DNA from: a virus
Lineage: Duplodnaviria > Heunggongvirae > Uroviricota > Caudoviricetes
Strand: one strand, 5' to 3'
IMG/VR virus record: IMGVR_UViG_3300047444_000753
Location: 69,256-133,255 of that record
Length of the DNA stretch: 64,000 bases
Shown: piece by piece, positions 9,256 to 17,854 of the stretch
Layout: each line of letters starts with the position of its first letter
Numbering within the stretch: the stretch's first letter is position 1
The notes under the pieces: generated by a model
The model's input: the letters and a program-made list of their open reading frames with translations, nothing else
Database searches by the model: none
Told to the model about the DNA's origin: nothing
Program-made: the position numbers and the translations under genes

Positions 9256-9723
9256 ATGACAGAGTTTGACTACTACAACGTGCCCGACGAGATGAATGTC
9301 TCGGCGCTGCCGGAGGAACTGTACGGACCCGCGCTGGAAGTGATTGCACGTCTGGCCGTTTCGGGGGACGTGTTGGCGAAGGAGATCAAGATCGCCCACG
9401 CCTACGACCGTAAGGGCTACATGGAGCTGGACACCTTGGGCGGACACCGGAACCCGTCCTACCCCTCCCCCACCGATGACCTGATTCTGCAACTGACCAT
9501 GCGGATCAAGCACCCGTCGTCCGGCTACGGGCGGACCCCTGAGGCCATGCAGACGGCCAAGGCGCTGGAGGCGCTGGAGACGCGGGTGAAGGAGATCAAC
9601 ACGGAGAAGGAGCGCAAGGCGCTGGAGGCGGAGATCGCACAGGCCGAGGAGGCGATGCGTGGTGCCGAGAAGCTGGCACGGGAAAAGCGTGAGCGTCTGG
9701 CGGCACTGAAGGCGAGGAAGTGA
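9256..9723 (+). CDS. protein with C-terminal coiled coil
   Basis: Promoter 9195, AAGGAG RBS. Confidence 0.8.
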   Translation: MTEFDYYNVPDEMNVSALPEELYGPALEVIARLAVSGDVLAKEIKIAHAYDRKGYMELDTLGGHRNPSYPSPTDDLILQLTMRIKHPSSGYGRTPEAMQTAKALEALETRVKEINTEKERKALEAEIAQAEEAMRGAEKLAREKRERLAALKARK

Positions 9724-9962
9724 TGAGCCCGACAGCGCTTGGATTTCTAATACTGTTCGGGATCTTCGGCGGGGGAGCACTCTTCTTCTGCTGGCTGTAC
9801 TCGTGGATGCACGACGGTCGGCGGTCGCTGATTGAGGATTCGGCGGAGGCCATTGGTTGGGCGATGGATGGGACAGGTGGAGCGCCTGACTACGGTGTGC
9901 CGGACAAGGCCCCGGAGCAGACCGGCACAGGCTACACGAGGACTGAACGGAGGACGCAGTGA
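9720..9962 (+). CDS. membrane protein
   Basis: N-terminal TM helix; overlap. Confidence 0.7.
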   Translation: MMSPTALGFLILFGIFGGGALFFCWLYSWMHDGRRSLIEDSAEAIGWAMDGTGGAPDYGVPDKAPEQTGTGYTRTERRTQ

Positions 9963-10192
9963 TCGAGATCCTGCTGCTGAGCATTCTGGGGTTGGCTGCT
10001 GCGGGCTACGCGGGGCTCTGGCTCTGGAGCCGCAGGCGGAACCGGCGTCTGGCTGCCGAGCGGGCGCTGAGGGTGTCCCAGACATGGGGCGACATCCTGC
10101 GACGGGAACAGCACGAGAGGTTCAACGCCGAGTTTCTGGAGGCGCTGGGGGATGACCGTGAGGAGTTCCTCAGACACTGGAGGGGGGAGTAA
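9959..10192 (+). CDS. membrane-anchored protein
   Basis: N-terminal TM then basic stretch; GGAGG RBS. Confidence 0.75.
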   Translation: MIEILLLSILGLAAAGYAGLWLWSRRRNRRLAAERALRVSQTWGDILRREQHERFNAEFLEALGDDREEFLRHWRGE

Positions 10193-10836
10193 TGCTGCAC
10201 TGGATCATACTGGTCGGCGTGCTGGCCGTACTGGTCCCGGGGTCGGTCGCGGTGTGGCGCTGGCTTGCGGGGGATCCCGTCATACAGTCGAAGGCCTACC
10301 GGAGCGTGCAAAGGCAGGCCAAGGAGGCTGAGGTGAGGGCAAACCAGCTCGCATTGAAGCGTGGCATGAGACACACGTCACACAACGAGTGGCTTTTGAT
10401 GTGGTATAATGCGCTGCCCGAAGACAGGAAAAACCACTTCGAACGGGTCTGGGCGGAGAAGGTGATGGACGCCACCGGATCCGTCGAACTCTATGACCGG
10501 CAGAAGCAGGGCTTCCTCTTGAAGTGTGCGTCCAACATGGTGGATGCTGTACTCAACCCGCCCAAGGAAGTTACAAAGTTTGCAACGGCCAAGGCGGTCG
10601 GAGCAATGGTGGTGGGGCATGTTCGTGCTGACCGTATTCGGACTACTTCTGCTGTACATGACAATACTGCTGTGGGGGTGTCGGTTAGTGCTGCTGAAGC
10701 CCGGCGCTGGAAGGATGTCCGACGCCAGTGGGCCGAGAAGCAGAACTGGCCTGATCCGGAGAGGAGGCGGGTCAGTGCGAAGACGCCAAGGCAGGCGTGC
10801 GTCACCTGCGCCTGCGGGCCAAACGACGCTTGTTGA
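10192..10836 (+). CDS. membrane-anchored protein
   Basis: N-terminal TM; TAATG overlap. Confidence 0.65.
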   Translation: MLHWIILVGVLAVLVPGSVAVWRWLAGDPVIQSKAYRSVQRQAKEAEVRANQLALKRGMRHTSHNEWLLMWYNALPEDRKNHFERVWAEKVMDATGSVELYDRQKQGFLLKCASNMVDAVLNPPKEVTKFATAKAVGAMVVGHVRADRIRTTSAVHDNTAVGVSVSAAEARRWKDVRRQWAEKQNWPDPERRRVSAKTPRQACVTCACGPNDAC

Positions 10837-10861
10837 GGACAAGGCTACACACCAGAAGCGC

Positions 10862-11017
10862 ATGCACCGGGAATGGATGCAGGGCTGGGTGGACCTGATG
10901 ACCGAGGACGAGACGTGGTATATCAGGAAGCAGCCCGGGATTTCCAAGGAGGAGGTCGCCAAGCGGCTGCTGCACTGGGAGTGGCGGAAGATCCAGAACC
11001 GGGCCAAGTACTGGTAG
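10862..11017 (+). CDS. hypothetical protein
   Basis: 3' part of ORF 10526..11017; start uncertain. Confidence 0.45.
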   Translation: MHREWMQGWVDLMTEDETWYIRKQPGISKEEVAKRLLHWEWRKIQNRAKYW

Positions 11018-11077
11018 TTGACAAGGGTATGTCTATGCCCTAGACTTTATACATACGGTACCAACAAAGGAGACACC

Positions 11078-11692
11078 ATGGAAATTCTGAGCGACAGCAC
11101 CAAGACGAAGGTGGTCCACACCCGGGTCATCACCCTGAGCAACGCGCCGAAGATGAAGTCCAACAACTACTACTACCCCGAGGAGATGTGGCAGCCCGAG
11201 CAGCTAACCGTCGAGTGGTATGACGACAAGGCCCCGGTGCACGTGATCGCCGAGGGAAAGACCGACAGGTCCGTCTGGACCACGCGGTCCTACTCGATGG
11301 ACCGAATCCCGGAGTGGATAGCCAAGGTTGTCAACCCGGAGTCGGTGCGGGAGCCTGATCTGGTCGTGAAGGTCAACCCGCGTGAGGTCATCTCGGTACC
11401 GAAGCCGGAGGCACCCGCACCGCTGGTCAAGCCCAAGCTCACCCGGAAGCGGGTCGGGGACCGGAAGTACGAGATCGTCACCAAGGACGGCGCACTGGTC
11501 GCGACGGTCGCGATGACCGGGGAATACAGCCGGGACAGCTACCCGTGGGAGTGGCACGTGACCGACGAGCTGACCCGGCAGCTGAAGGAGGCCGGAGCCC
11601 CGGATCGGAAGAGCGGCGGGTCCAGTGACTCGCTGGGGGATGTCGTGGACATGCTGGCCACCTCCGTCGCGAAGTACAACCTGAAGCCCTAG
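11078..11692 (+). CDS. hypothetical protein
   Basis: Promoter 11018, AAGGAG RBS. Confidence 0.85.
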   Translation: MEILSDSTKTKVVHTRVITLSNAPKMKSNNYYYPEEMWQPEQLTVEWYDDKAPVHVIAEGKTDRSVWTTRSYSMDRIPEWIAKVVNPESVREPDLVVKVNPREVISVPKPEAPAPLVKPKLTRKRVGDRKYEIVTKDGALVATVAMTGEYSRDSYPWEWHVTDELTRQLKEAGAPDRKSGGSSDSLGDVVDMLATSVAKYNLKP

Positions 11693-11707
11693 CAGAAAGG
11701 AGGCGTC

Positions 11708-11995
11708 ATGGAACTGAGCAAGAACAAGGACCGGACCCTGCGCTCGGAGGAGATTGAGGCGGCGGAGCTGAGGCCGTACCACCACTTCTGGCATAACGTC
11801 TACAACCGCTGCATCGTGTACTCGGTGGAGCAGACCGAGGGCGGGCACTGCTCGGTGCGCTTCAAGGCTGTCAGCGAGGGCAGGGACGGGGTACTGCATG
11901 AGGCGGTCTACCCGAAGGACAGCACGTTCACCAAAGTGTGGAACATCAAGATGAACAACGAGGTCCGGTACGGTGCCAAGAGGTTTCGGAGATGA
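11708..11995 (+). CDS. hypothetical protein
   Basis: AAGGAGG RBS. Confidence 0.8.
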   Translation: MELSKNKDRTLRSEEIEAAELRPYHHFWHNVYNRCIVYSVEQTEGGHCSVRFKAVSEGRDGVLHEAVYPKDSTFTKVWNIKMNNEVRYGAKRFRR

Positions 11996-12159
11996 GAGAG
12001 ACGTTCGTGCTGATCAAGGACGGCGTGGTCTGGGACTACGCGCACCACATGGTGGACGTGCTGCGCTGGGGCTGCAAGGTGCGCAAGGAGGAGCCCGACG
12101 CCGTTTTGGAGATCGGGGTGCGTACGCAGGAGGAATGGGATATGTGGCGGGACTGGTGA
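11992..12159 (+). CDS. hypothetical protein
   Basis: ATGA overlap. Confidence 0.65.
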   Translation: MRETFVLIKDGVVWDYAHHMVDVLRWGCKVRKEEPDAVLEIGVRTQEEWDMWRDW

Positions 12160-12235
12160 TTTGCTATGCCCTGAGGGTTGACAAGGGTATGTACTAAGCG
12201 TAGACTTTAGATATACCAACAACAAAGGAGAGACC

Positions 12236-12463
12236 ATGGACGTTTACGAGATGACCCAAGAGCAGTTCGTTGCGGCGCTGGCGGAGAGGACCACGGCGCA
12301 GTACATCTTCGAGAACGCGGACAAGATCTACCAGACCATGACCGGGGTCATGGGGCAGGACTGTTCCGACAGCGTGCTGCGGGAGTGGGCCTTCGAGTGG
12401 GCCAGCACGGAGCTGGGGTGCGATTACGATGACATCTACAACCGCTGGCTCTACACAGACTAA
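12236..12463 (+). CDS. small acidic protein
   Basis: Promoter 12178, AAGGAG RBS. Confidence 0.8.
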   Translation: MDVYEMTQEQFVAALAERTTAQYIFENADKIYQTMTGVMGQDCSDSVLREWAFEWASTELGCDYDDIYNRWLYTD

Positions 12464-12473
12464 GGGGGATCGG

Positions 12474-12671
12474 ATGACACAGCTGAAGGTAGGGGACAGG
12501 GTGGAGAACATCTTCGCAGCCGAGGATGGCTGGGAGGATGAGTACCGCTACGGGGTGGTCAATGAGATCTACCTTGACCGGGACGGTGAGGAAATGGTCG
12601 AGGTGGAGTACCCCGGCCACTACTACGCGGAGATCCGGGAGGAATACCTCAGGCCGGACACGCGCAGCTAG
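12474..12671 (+). CDS. SH3-like protein
   Basis: LKVGDRVENIF...YGVVNEI. Confidence 0.75.
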   Translation: MTQLKVGDRVENIFAAEDGWEDEYRYGVVNEIYLDRDGEEMVEVEYPGHYYAEIREEYLRPDTRS

Positions 12672-12733
12672 TTGACAAGGGTATGTGTTAAGGGTTAGAC
12701 TGGAACTACCAACAACCAGACATAAGGAGCATC

Positions 12734-12946
12734 ATGGACATCACCTATCTCAAGCGAGCCAAGGGCGGCTACTACGCCACCGTGGCAGGGGAGAACTTCT
12801 TCTGCACCGTGGAGCCCCGGTACATCTTCACCATCCGGGACAAGGGCTGGTACGCGTGGCACAAGGGCACGAAGGTCTACGGGGACACGCGCAAGGAAGC
12901 CGTGGAAATCCTGTGCCGGACGCTGATGAACCGGAAGGAGGGCTGA
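12734..12946 (+). CDS. hypothetical protein
   Basis: Promoter 12672, AAGGAG RBS. Confidence 0.8.
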   Translation: MDITYLKRAKGGYYATVAGENFFCTVEPRYIFTIRDKGWYAWHKGTKVYGDTRKEAVEILCRTLMNRKEG

Positions 12947-12951
12947 CCGAG

Positions 12952-13158
12952 ATGAAGGCACGGAGGTTTGCCGAGGGCGACATCGTCCGGATCGAGAGGG
13001 AAGGTCCGGACTACGGCAAGGTGGGCATCGTCAAGGAGGTGCTGAAGCCGGAAGGGTCGGACCTGACGTGGGACTACACGTGGGACTACGCCCTTGCTCT
13101 GGATGAGACCGGGCAGACGTACGGGTTCTACGACGAGGAACTGGACCCGTTCGGCTGA
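12952..13158 (+). CDS. SH3/KOW-like protein
   Basis: FAEGDIVRIEREGPDYGKVGIV; GGAGG RBS. Confidence 0.75.
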   Translation: MKARRFAEGDIVRIEREGPDYGKVGIVKEVLKPEGSDLTWDYTWDYALALDETGQTYGFYDEELDPFG

Positions 13159-13230
13159 GCTGATAGTTGACAAGGGTAGAGGCTAGGGCTTAGACTTGAG
13201 GTAAGAAAGAACAAACACTAAGGAGAAACC

Positions 13231-13545
13231 ATGGAACAGGATCAGACACAGGCACCGGAGTTTAGGGTCGGGGACATCGTGCAGAAGGTGGCCCCGCTGG
13301 GCTGGGAAGGTGTGGTGGTCTCGGTGACGGACGGGGGCTATGTGGATGTGAGGACCGAGGGTACCGTCTTCAGCTACTGGCCGAACGAGCTGGTGCACAC
13401 CGGGGAGAAGATCGACCCGGAGAAGCTGGAGATCGTGCTGGATCTGTTCACCTCGATTGATACTGCGCAGCGGGCCGTGTACCGCCTGAACAACCTTCGG
13501 GACCGGATCGTTGCCGAGAGCCGCGTGCCGGTAGGTGAGGCGTGA
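13231..13545 (+). CDS. SH3-like domain protein
   Basis: FRVGDIVQKVAPLGWEGVVV; promoter 13167. Confidence 0.8.
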   Translation: MEQDQTQAPEFRVGDIVQKVAPLGWEGVVVSVTDGGYVDVRTEGTVFSYWPNELVHTGEKIDPEKLEIVLDLFTSIDTAQRAVYRLNNLRDRIVAESRVPVGEA

Positions 13546-13625
13546 TTCACTGGAACCTGTACTACCTCATCCCCCTCGGGGCGATGCTGGTTACAATGTG
13601 GCTCTACTCGCGAGAGGAGAAGTAG

Positions 13626-14159
13626 ATGGCGTGGCTGGGACTGCTGTTCGGGCTGGTGGGCCTTGTGCTCGGGGTGGCGGCACTGGTGCGGGTCTTCGGG
13701 GTCAAGGTGTACATGGATGATGACACCTACCTGACGGTGGAGCACCACACGCGCCAGTCGCTGAAGATGGCGCGGGACAAGCGGAAGGCTGTCGGGGGTG
13801 CGGAGCTGGACTTCTCGGCCAAGCGGGCTCGGCGGGAAGCGGAGAAGAAGGAATGGGACCGGGAGTTTCTGGCAGGGTTCGGGGAGAACCGGGGGACCTT
13901 CGTGCGGGAGTGGAAGGCCGGGAGCGTTCGGGTGATGCTGCTGGAGCGTCTGCAGATCGAGAAGGATCTGGCGGAGAAGGATTTCCGGATCCGGGACGCG
14001 ACGGTGCTGGAGAGGCTGCAGGCGGACGTGTGGGCGAACCCGGAACGGGTGCTGGATCTGCGGGTGAGGGCGAGGGCGGAGGAGTATCTGCACCGGCTGG
14101 AGCAGGAGCGCGGGAAGCGTTCGCTGCTCTCGTATGAGGCGGCACCGTGGAGGTTCTGA
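13626..14159 (+). CDS. membrane-anchored protein
   Basis: N-terminal TM; GAGGAG RBS; extremely G-rich coding strand. Confidence 0.7.
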   Translation: MAWLGLLFGLVGLVLGVAALVRVFGVKVYMDDDTYLTVEHHTRQSLKMARDKRKAVGGAELDFSAKRARREAEKKEWDREFLAGFGENRGTFVREWKAGSVRVMLLERLQIEKDLAEKDFRIRDATVLERLQADVWANPERVLDLRVRARAEEYLHRLEQERGKRSLLSYEAAPWRF

Positions 14160-14433
14160 CGTGCAGTAGCTGGCGTGAGGGGCGTGCAGTGAGGTGGTGA
14201 GGAGCGTGACAAACTTTTCGGATCCGGAGGTTTTCGGAGGGGTGTGGGAAGATTTTCGGGGCTCTTGGAGGGGTTGCGTCTTAAGCGAACAGCGAGGTAA
14301 AAAGTGGACAAAGAGGGCGAAATGCTGTATATGATAGCTAAGTTTGTCACGCTCGCCGCTGGGAGCCGTTTCGATTTTGGGGGGTCTTACCCAGTACTGG
14401 GGCGGAAAAAGTTTTGATCGGTCTCTCTCTTAC

Positions 14434-14557
14434 CGTTTAGTTATTTTTTAAAGTAGATGCCTCTAAGAGAGAGAGGGAAGTATATAGTATTTGAATGAAG
14501 GTATGAATGTACCATCAGAGCTTCCTAGAGGATCTGAGTTTAAAAAATAACTAAACG
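14434..14557. repeat. perfect 19-bp inverted repeat in AT-rich intergenic DNA
   Basis: CGTTTAGTTATTTTTTAAA (14434-14452) and TTTAAAAAATAACTAAACG (14539-14557). Confidence 0.85.
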
Positions 14558-14639
14558 TTTGGGGGTCTCGGAAGGGGCTAGATTTGACCCTTGTGTATGC
14601 TGTGTTGACTCGGGGTGTCTGGGCGTGTACTATATGAGT

Positions 14640-15020
14640 ATGGCAAGCGAAATAGAAACCAAAGTACAGCAAAAAGAACAGGCCCTGAAGAACTCTCAGG
14701 CAAAGATCGATGCAGCGAAGCATGCGATCGCCGGACGGCAGATGATCCTTGACCGACTCGTGGAGGACCACGAACGCAAGGCAGAGGACCTGACGCGGAT
14801 GAAGGAGCTGGCCAAGGCCCATGCCCCACTGCAGAAGCGGTACGACTTCTTGGTGGACCGGATCAACGAGATGATTAGGACACACAACCACGAGGACGGG
14901 ATGCTCCAACAGGATCCCGAGTACATCGCCCTGAAGAAGGAGCGAGAGGAACTGGAGCCCAAACTTGCGGACACCCTGCCCCTGATCAAGAAGATCTACT
15001 ACGGCAAGGACCGGGCATGA
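14640..15020 (+). CDS. coiled-coil protein, probably leaderless
   Basis: TTGACT-N17-TACTAT (14605-14633); ATG 6 nt downstream, no RBS. Confidence 0.7.
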   Translation: MASEIETKVQQKEQALKNSQAKIDAAKHAIAGRQMILDRLVEDHERKAEDLTRMKELAKAHAPLQKRYDFLVDRINEMIRTHNHEDGMLQQDPEYIALKKEREELEPKLADTLPLIKKIYYGKDRA

Positions 15021-15373
15021 GGCGGGCACAACGGAGTGACCAGCGGGACGGCTTTGTCTTCGAGGCTTACGCGGACGCGAGCTCGAAGGTGGAGGATCTG
15101 CGACGGATTGCCGACAAGATGGTTTTGGATCCGACGAAGGCTCCCCAGCTCATGGAGCTCCACCGCAGAGCGAGGAACGAGCGGGAACAGGCCCGGAAGC
15201 GACTGGAGCCTTTTGCGGAACTGTGTGACGAACTTCTGACCCCAGCACTGCTGACCCCGGAGCGCCGGAAAGAAGTCATGAAGGAACGGGACAGGTTGGC
15301 CGGAGAGATCTTCATCCGGCTCATGCACATTGATCTTGCAAGCGTAGCCTCACGGAAAGTACTGGGAGCATGA
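15017..15373 (+). CDS. hypothetical protein
   Basis: ATGA overlaps. Confidence 0.75.
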   Translation: MRRAQRSDQRDGFVFEAYADASSKVEDLRRIADKMVLDPTKAPQLMELHRRARNEREQARKRLEPFAELCDELLTPALLTPERRKEVMKERDRLAGEIFIRLMHIDLASVASRKVLGA

Positions 15374-15708
15374 ACAGAGTAGTAGTATCCACAGCGACAG
15401 CGGTGGGATTGTCGGCGGTGCTGACCCTTGGAGGTCTGACCGCGTGCGGTGCGCAACAGGACTGCAGGAGCCCCCGGAGTCTGGGACAGATGAGCGTGAG
15501 CACGGTGTCGCTTCCGGCCAAGGGTGGCGGAGGCGGAGGGCATGCAAGCGGCGGGCATGGAAGCAGTGGCGGACACGAGTCGAGCACGTCGGGGCACAGC
15601 AGTGGTTTCGGTGGCCGGTCGGTCTTCAGTGGTATTCGTCCGGGATGGTACCCGGGATGGATGCCGTGGTTCGGTGGATCCAGCACGTCGAACACGGCCT
15701 GTCAGTGA
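15370..15708 (+). CDS. lipoprotein with Gly/Ser/His-rich tail
   Basis: Signal peptide with lipobox LTAC; GGGGGGHASGGHGSSGGH. Confidence 0.75.
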   Translation: MNRVVVSTATAVGLSAVLTLGGLTACGAQQDCRSPRSLGQMSVSTVSLPAKGGGGGGHASGGHGSSGGHESSTSGHSSGFGGRSVFSGIRPGWYPGWMPWFGGSSTSNTACQ

Positions 15709-15848
15709 TTAGCTGGTGGGAGCGGAAGCTTTACTATCTGGTGACGTGGATGCTTGGTGAACCCGAGACTGCCGAGGACTATCTGAAGAAGGCAGTCAAG
15801 GAGTACGACGAGCGCCTGAAGGCGATTCAGGAGGAGGACCGTGACTAG
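15705..15848 (+). CDS. hypothetical protein
   Basis: GTGA overlap. Confidence 0.55.
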   Translation: MISWWERKLYYLVTWMLGEPETAEDYLKKAVKEYDERLKAIQEEDRD

Positions 15849-16038
15849 TCCGTGGGAGATCTGCACGTGCACCGGGAAAGAGTCCTGCTCACTGTGCGAG
15901 GGCGGGACGATAACGCCGGAGTCACGGCGCTACTTCGAGGGAATCGCAGCGGCGGCAGAGAAGGATCTGGATAGTCTGCCGGAATCCTCGCAGCCGTTGT
16001 GGTACCGGCTACATAAGCAGGCCATGATACAGGGCTGA
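15841..16038 (+). CDS. small zinc-finger-like protein
   Basis: CTCTG...CSLCEG; GGAGG RBS. Confidence 0.7.
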   Translation: MTSPWEICTCTGKESCSLCEGGTITPESRRYFEGIAAAAEKDLDSLPESSQPLWYRLHKQAMIQG

Positions 16039-16068
16039 TATACTGTAGTCAAATCAGCAAGGAGTATC

Positions 16069-16578
16069 ATGGACGACGATTACGAAGAGTTTGGCGACGA
16101 CGTCGAGACTCTGGAAGAGTGTGGGATTGACCTCGGAGAGATCGTCCTTGTGAGCACTGTGCAGGGTCCTGAGATCGGGATGCTGATGGACACCTTCGAG
16201 GAAGGCGTCTGGCTCAAAACGACACACAAGAACACCAAGATTGCTGTCGAGGTCGGAGTCAAGGAGAAGGCGGCGCTGCTGTGCGAGGTGGAGAAGTTCA
16301 CCGTGCGCGAGCTGCAGAACTACGCCCGTGAGAACGGGATGCGCTGGACCTTCAACAAGAAGCGCGAATTCTTGGTAGACTTTGTCTTTGAGGACCTGCT
16401 GAAGAACCGGATCGCCAACAGCACGACTGAGGTACTGGTCAAACTGAACAGGCCGATCTCGATGTTCATTCCCCTGCCGCACGTGCTGCGGGTGGTGTCG
16501 TATGACGAGTGGGCGGAAGAGAAGGCACTGCGCGACACGGCTGCAGATCTGGGCGACCTCAAGGTTGACGAAGACTAA
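16069..16578 (+). CDS. hypothetical protein
   Basis: AAGGAG RBS. Confidence 0.8.
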   Translation: MDDDYEEFGDDVETLEECGIDLGEIVLVSTVQGPEIGMLMDTFEEGVWLKTTHKNTKIAVEVGVKEKAALLCEVEKFTVRELQNYARENGMRWTFNKKREFLVDFVFEDLLKNRIANSTTEVLVKLNRPISMFIPLPHVLRVVSYDEWAEEKALRDTAADLGDLKVDED

Positions 16579-16622
16579 GAACTTGTGTATCCTTGTTATA
16601 TACCAACCAACAAGGAGATAAC

Positions 16623-16832
16623 ATGGAATTCAAGTTCGACATAGGTGACCGAGTCAGGCTGACCAACGCGTTCTTCAAAGGTGAACTGGCTCCCGGTGCC
16701 ACCGGAACTGTCCTCAACAGGGGCGTACTGTTCCCCGGTCGGCCCGAGTACTGCATCAAGCTCGACACTGACGGCAGTGACATCGAGGCATGGTGGGTCT
16801 TCGAAGTAGATCTGGAGGCCGAAGATGTCTAA
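16623..16832 (+). CDS. SH3-like protein
   Basis: FDIGDRVRLTN...GATGTV; AAGGAG RBS. Confidence 0.8.
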   Translation: MEFKFDIGDRVRLTNAFFKGELAPGATGTVLNRGVLFPGRPEYCIKLDTDGSDIEAWWVFEVDLEAEDV

Positions 16833-17052
16833 GTTCAAAGAGGGCGACCGGATCCGTCTGGCGGAGAACATCTCACAGGAGCTGCCCTTCCTGCGCAAGG
16901 GTGCTGTTGGGGCGATACAAGGCGGCTTCCCAGCATACAAGGATGACGAGCCAGCCTACTTCCTCATCATGGATCCTGTGGGTAAGTACTCAGGCGAAGA
17001 CCTTGACTACTGGGTAGCGACGGAGAGCACGCTGGAGGCTGAGAGTGATTGA
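16825..17052 (+). CDS. SH3-like protein
   Basis: FKEGDRIRLAEN...GAVGAI. Confidence 0.8.
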   Translation: MSKFKEGDRIRLAENISQELPFLRKGAVGAIQGGFPAYKDDEPAYFLIMDPVGKYSGEDLDYWVATESTLEAESD

Positions 17053-17206
17053 GCTGGCACTCGTGCTGATCGTAGTGGCGATGGTCCTGATGTCGGTGGC
17101 ACTGGCATCGAGGAACCTGACCTACGGGGGCAGGGCACTGATGTGTTTCATTGCTGCTGGCATGTCCGCCTGCGGGGCAGTGCTGGCGTTCCTTAGCAGG
17201 ATATAA
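17045..17206 (+). CDS. small membrane protein (2 TM)
   Basis: Hydrophobic 53 aa, GGAGG RBS. Confidence 0.6.
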   Translation: MIELALVLIVVAMVLMSVALASRNLTYGGRALMCFIAAGMSACGAVLAFLSRI

Positions 17207-17211
17207 CAACC

Positions 17212-17289
17212 CGCGTGTCGATGTATAAGAGGCAAGTACGCCCACCTGCGGAGGTGGGAGGCGTCGGTTCGATTCCGGCCACGCGACCA
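17212..17289 (+). tRNA. atypical tRNA-like gene (possible Arg-GCG, 8-nt anticodon loop)
   Basis: CGCGTG/CACGCG acceptor, GTCGG-TTCGATT-CCGGC T arm, CCCAC/GTGGG anticodon stem, encoded CCA. Confidence 0.6.
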
Positions 17290-17366
17290 TTTAGGTGCCG
17301 ATAGTTCGGCTAAGCAACGCAGCATCTAGCGGCCTAACAAACGACGAAAGATGAAGGAGAACGAGA

Positions 17367-17543
17367 ATGAGCCCTGATCCGGCATGGCGGGCAATGATTG
17401 ATTGGTTCGGCTGGTACGTTGTGCTGCCCGCGACGATGTTGTTCATTGTGGTAGGGATGATTGCGCTGACAGTCTTTGTCGTCGTATCCGTTGTAGATAT
17501 TGTAAAAAGCCGTAGGGGGCGGGCGAGATGGACGAAGAGGTAG
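17367..17543 (+). CDS. small membrane protein
   Basis: AAGGAG RBS, long hydrophobic stretch. Confidence 0.65.
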   Translation: MSPDPAWRAMIDWFGWYVVLPATMLFIVVGMIALTVFVVVSVVDIVKSRRGRARWTKR

Positions 17544-17698
17544 AACGTATCGCAGCAGCGTGGGTTGTGCAGCCGTGTCCTCCGGATGAGGCGCAGTGGT
17601 GTGATCCAGAGTGCCACGTCTGGGAGAACATGGATGAGGGCGACAAGGACTACCACCGGCAGTTCGTGGCCTTTGTCATCAAGGAGGCGATGAAGTAG
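17528..17698 (+). CDS. hypothetical protein
   Basis: GGGG RBS; acidic, Cys-containing. Confidence 0.6.
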   Translation: MDEEVERIAAAWVVQPCPPDEAQWCDPECHVWENMDEGDKDYHRQFVAFVIKEAMK

Positions 17699-17854
17699 TC
17701 AACACTATATGTAGTCGTCGGAGGGGCATCGAGGCACAAGTCGGCGAGTCTCCATAGGTTGACTTATTATACACCGTTGTCCATACAACACAATAGTGTC
17801 GCGGTGTATACTTTAGGGGAGACCTTATAGAACAAGACACCCCATGGAGCTAGC

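Larger units (their letters stand above)
1697..13196 (+). promoter_or_regulatory. family of sigma70-type promoters with a shared leader (ACCAACAAC/AAAGGAG)
   Basis: TTGACA-N17/18-TAnnnT at 1697, 2611, 4370, 4852, 9195, 11018, 12178, 12672, 13167; five share GTTGACAAGGGT; weaker-35 copies near 6.76 and 7.9 kb. Confidence 0.85.

Noticed and set aside
14160-14633. Calling the AT-rich island the replication origin
   Set aside because: The skew direction (G-rich left, C-rich further right) is opposite to that expected around an origin, and no initiator gene or iterons are nearby.
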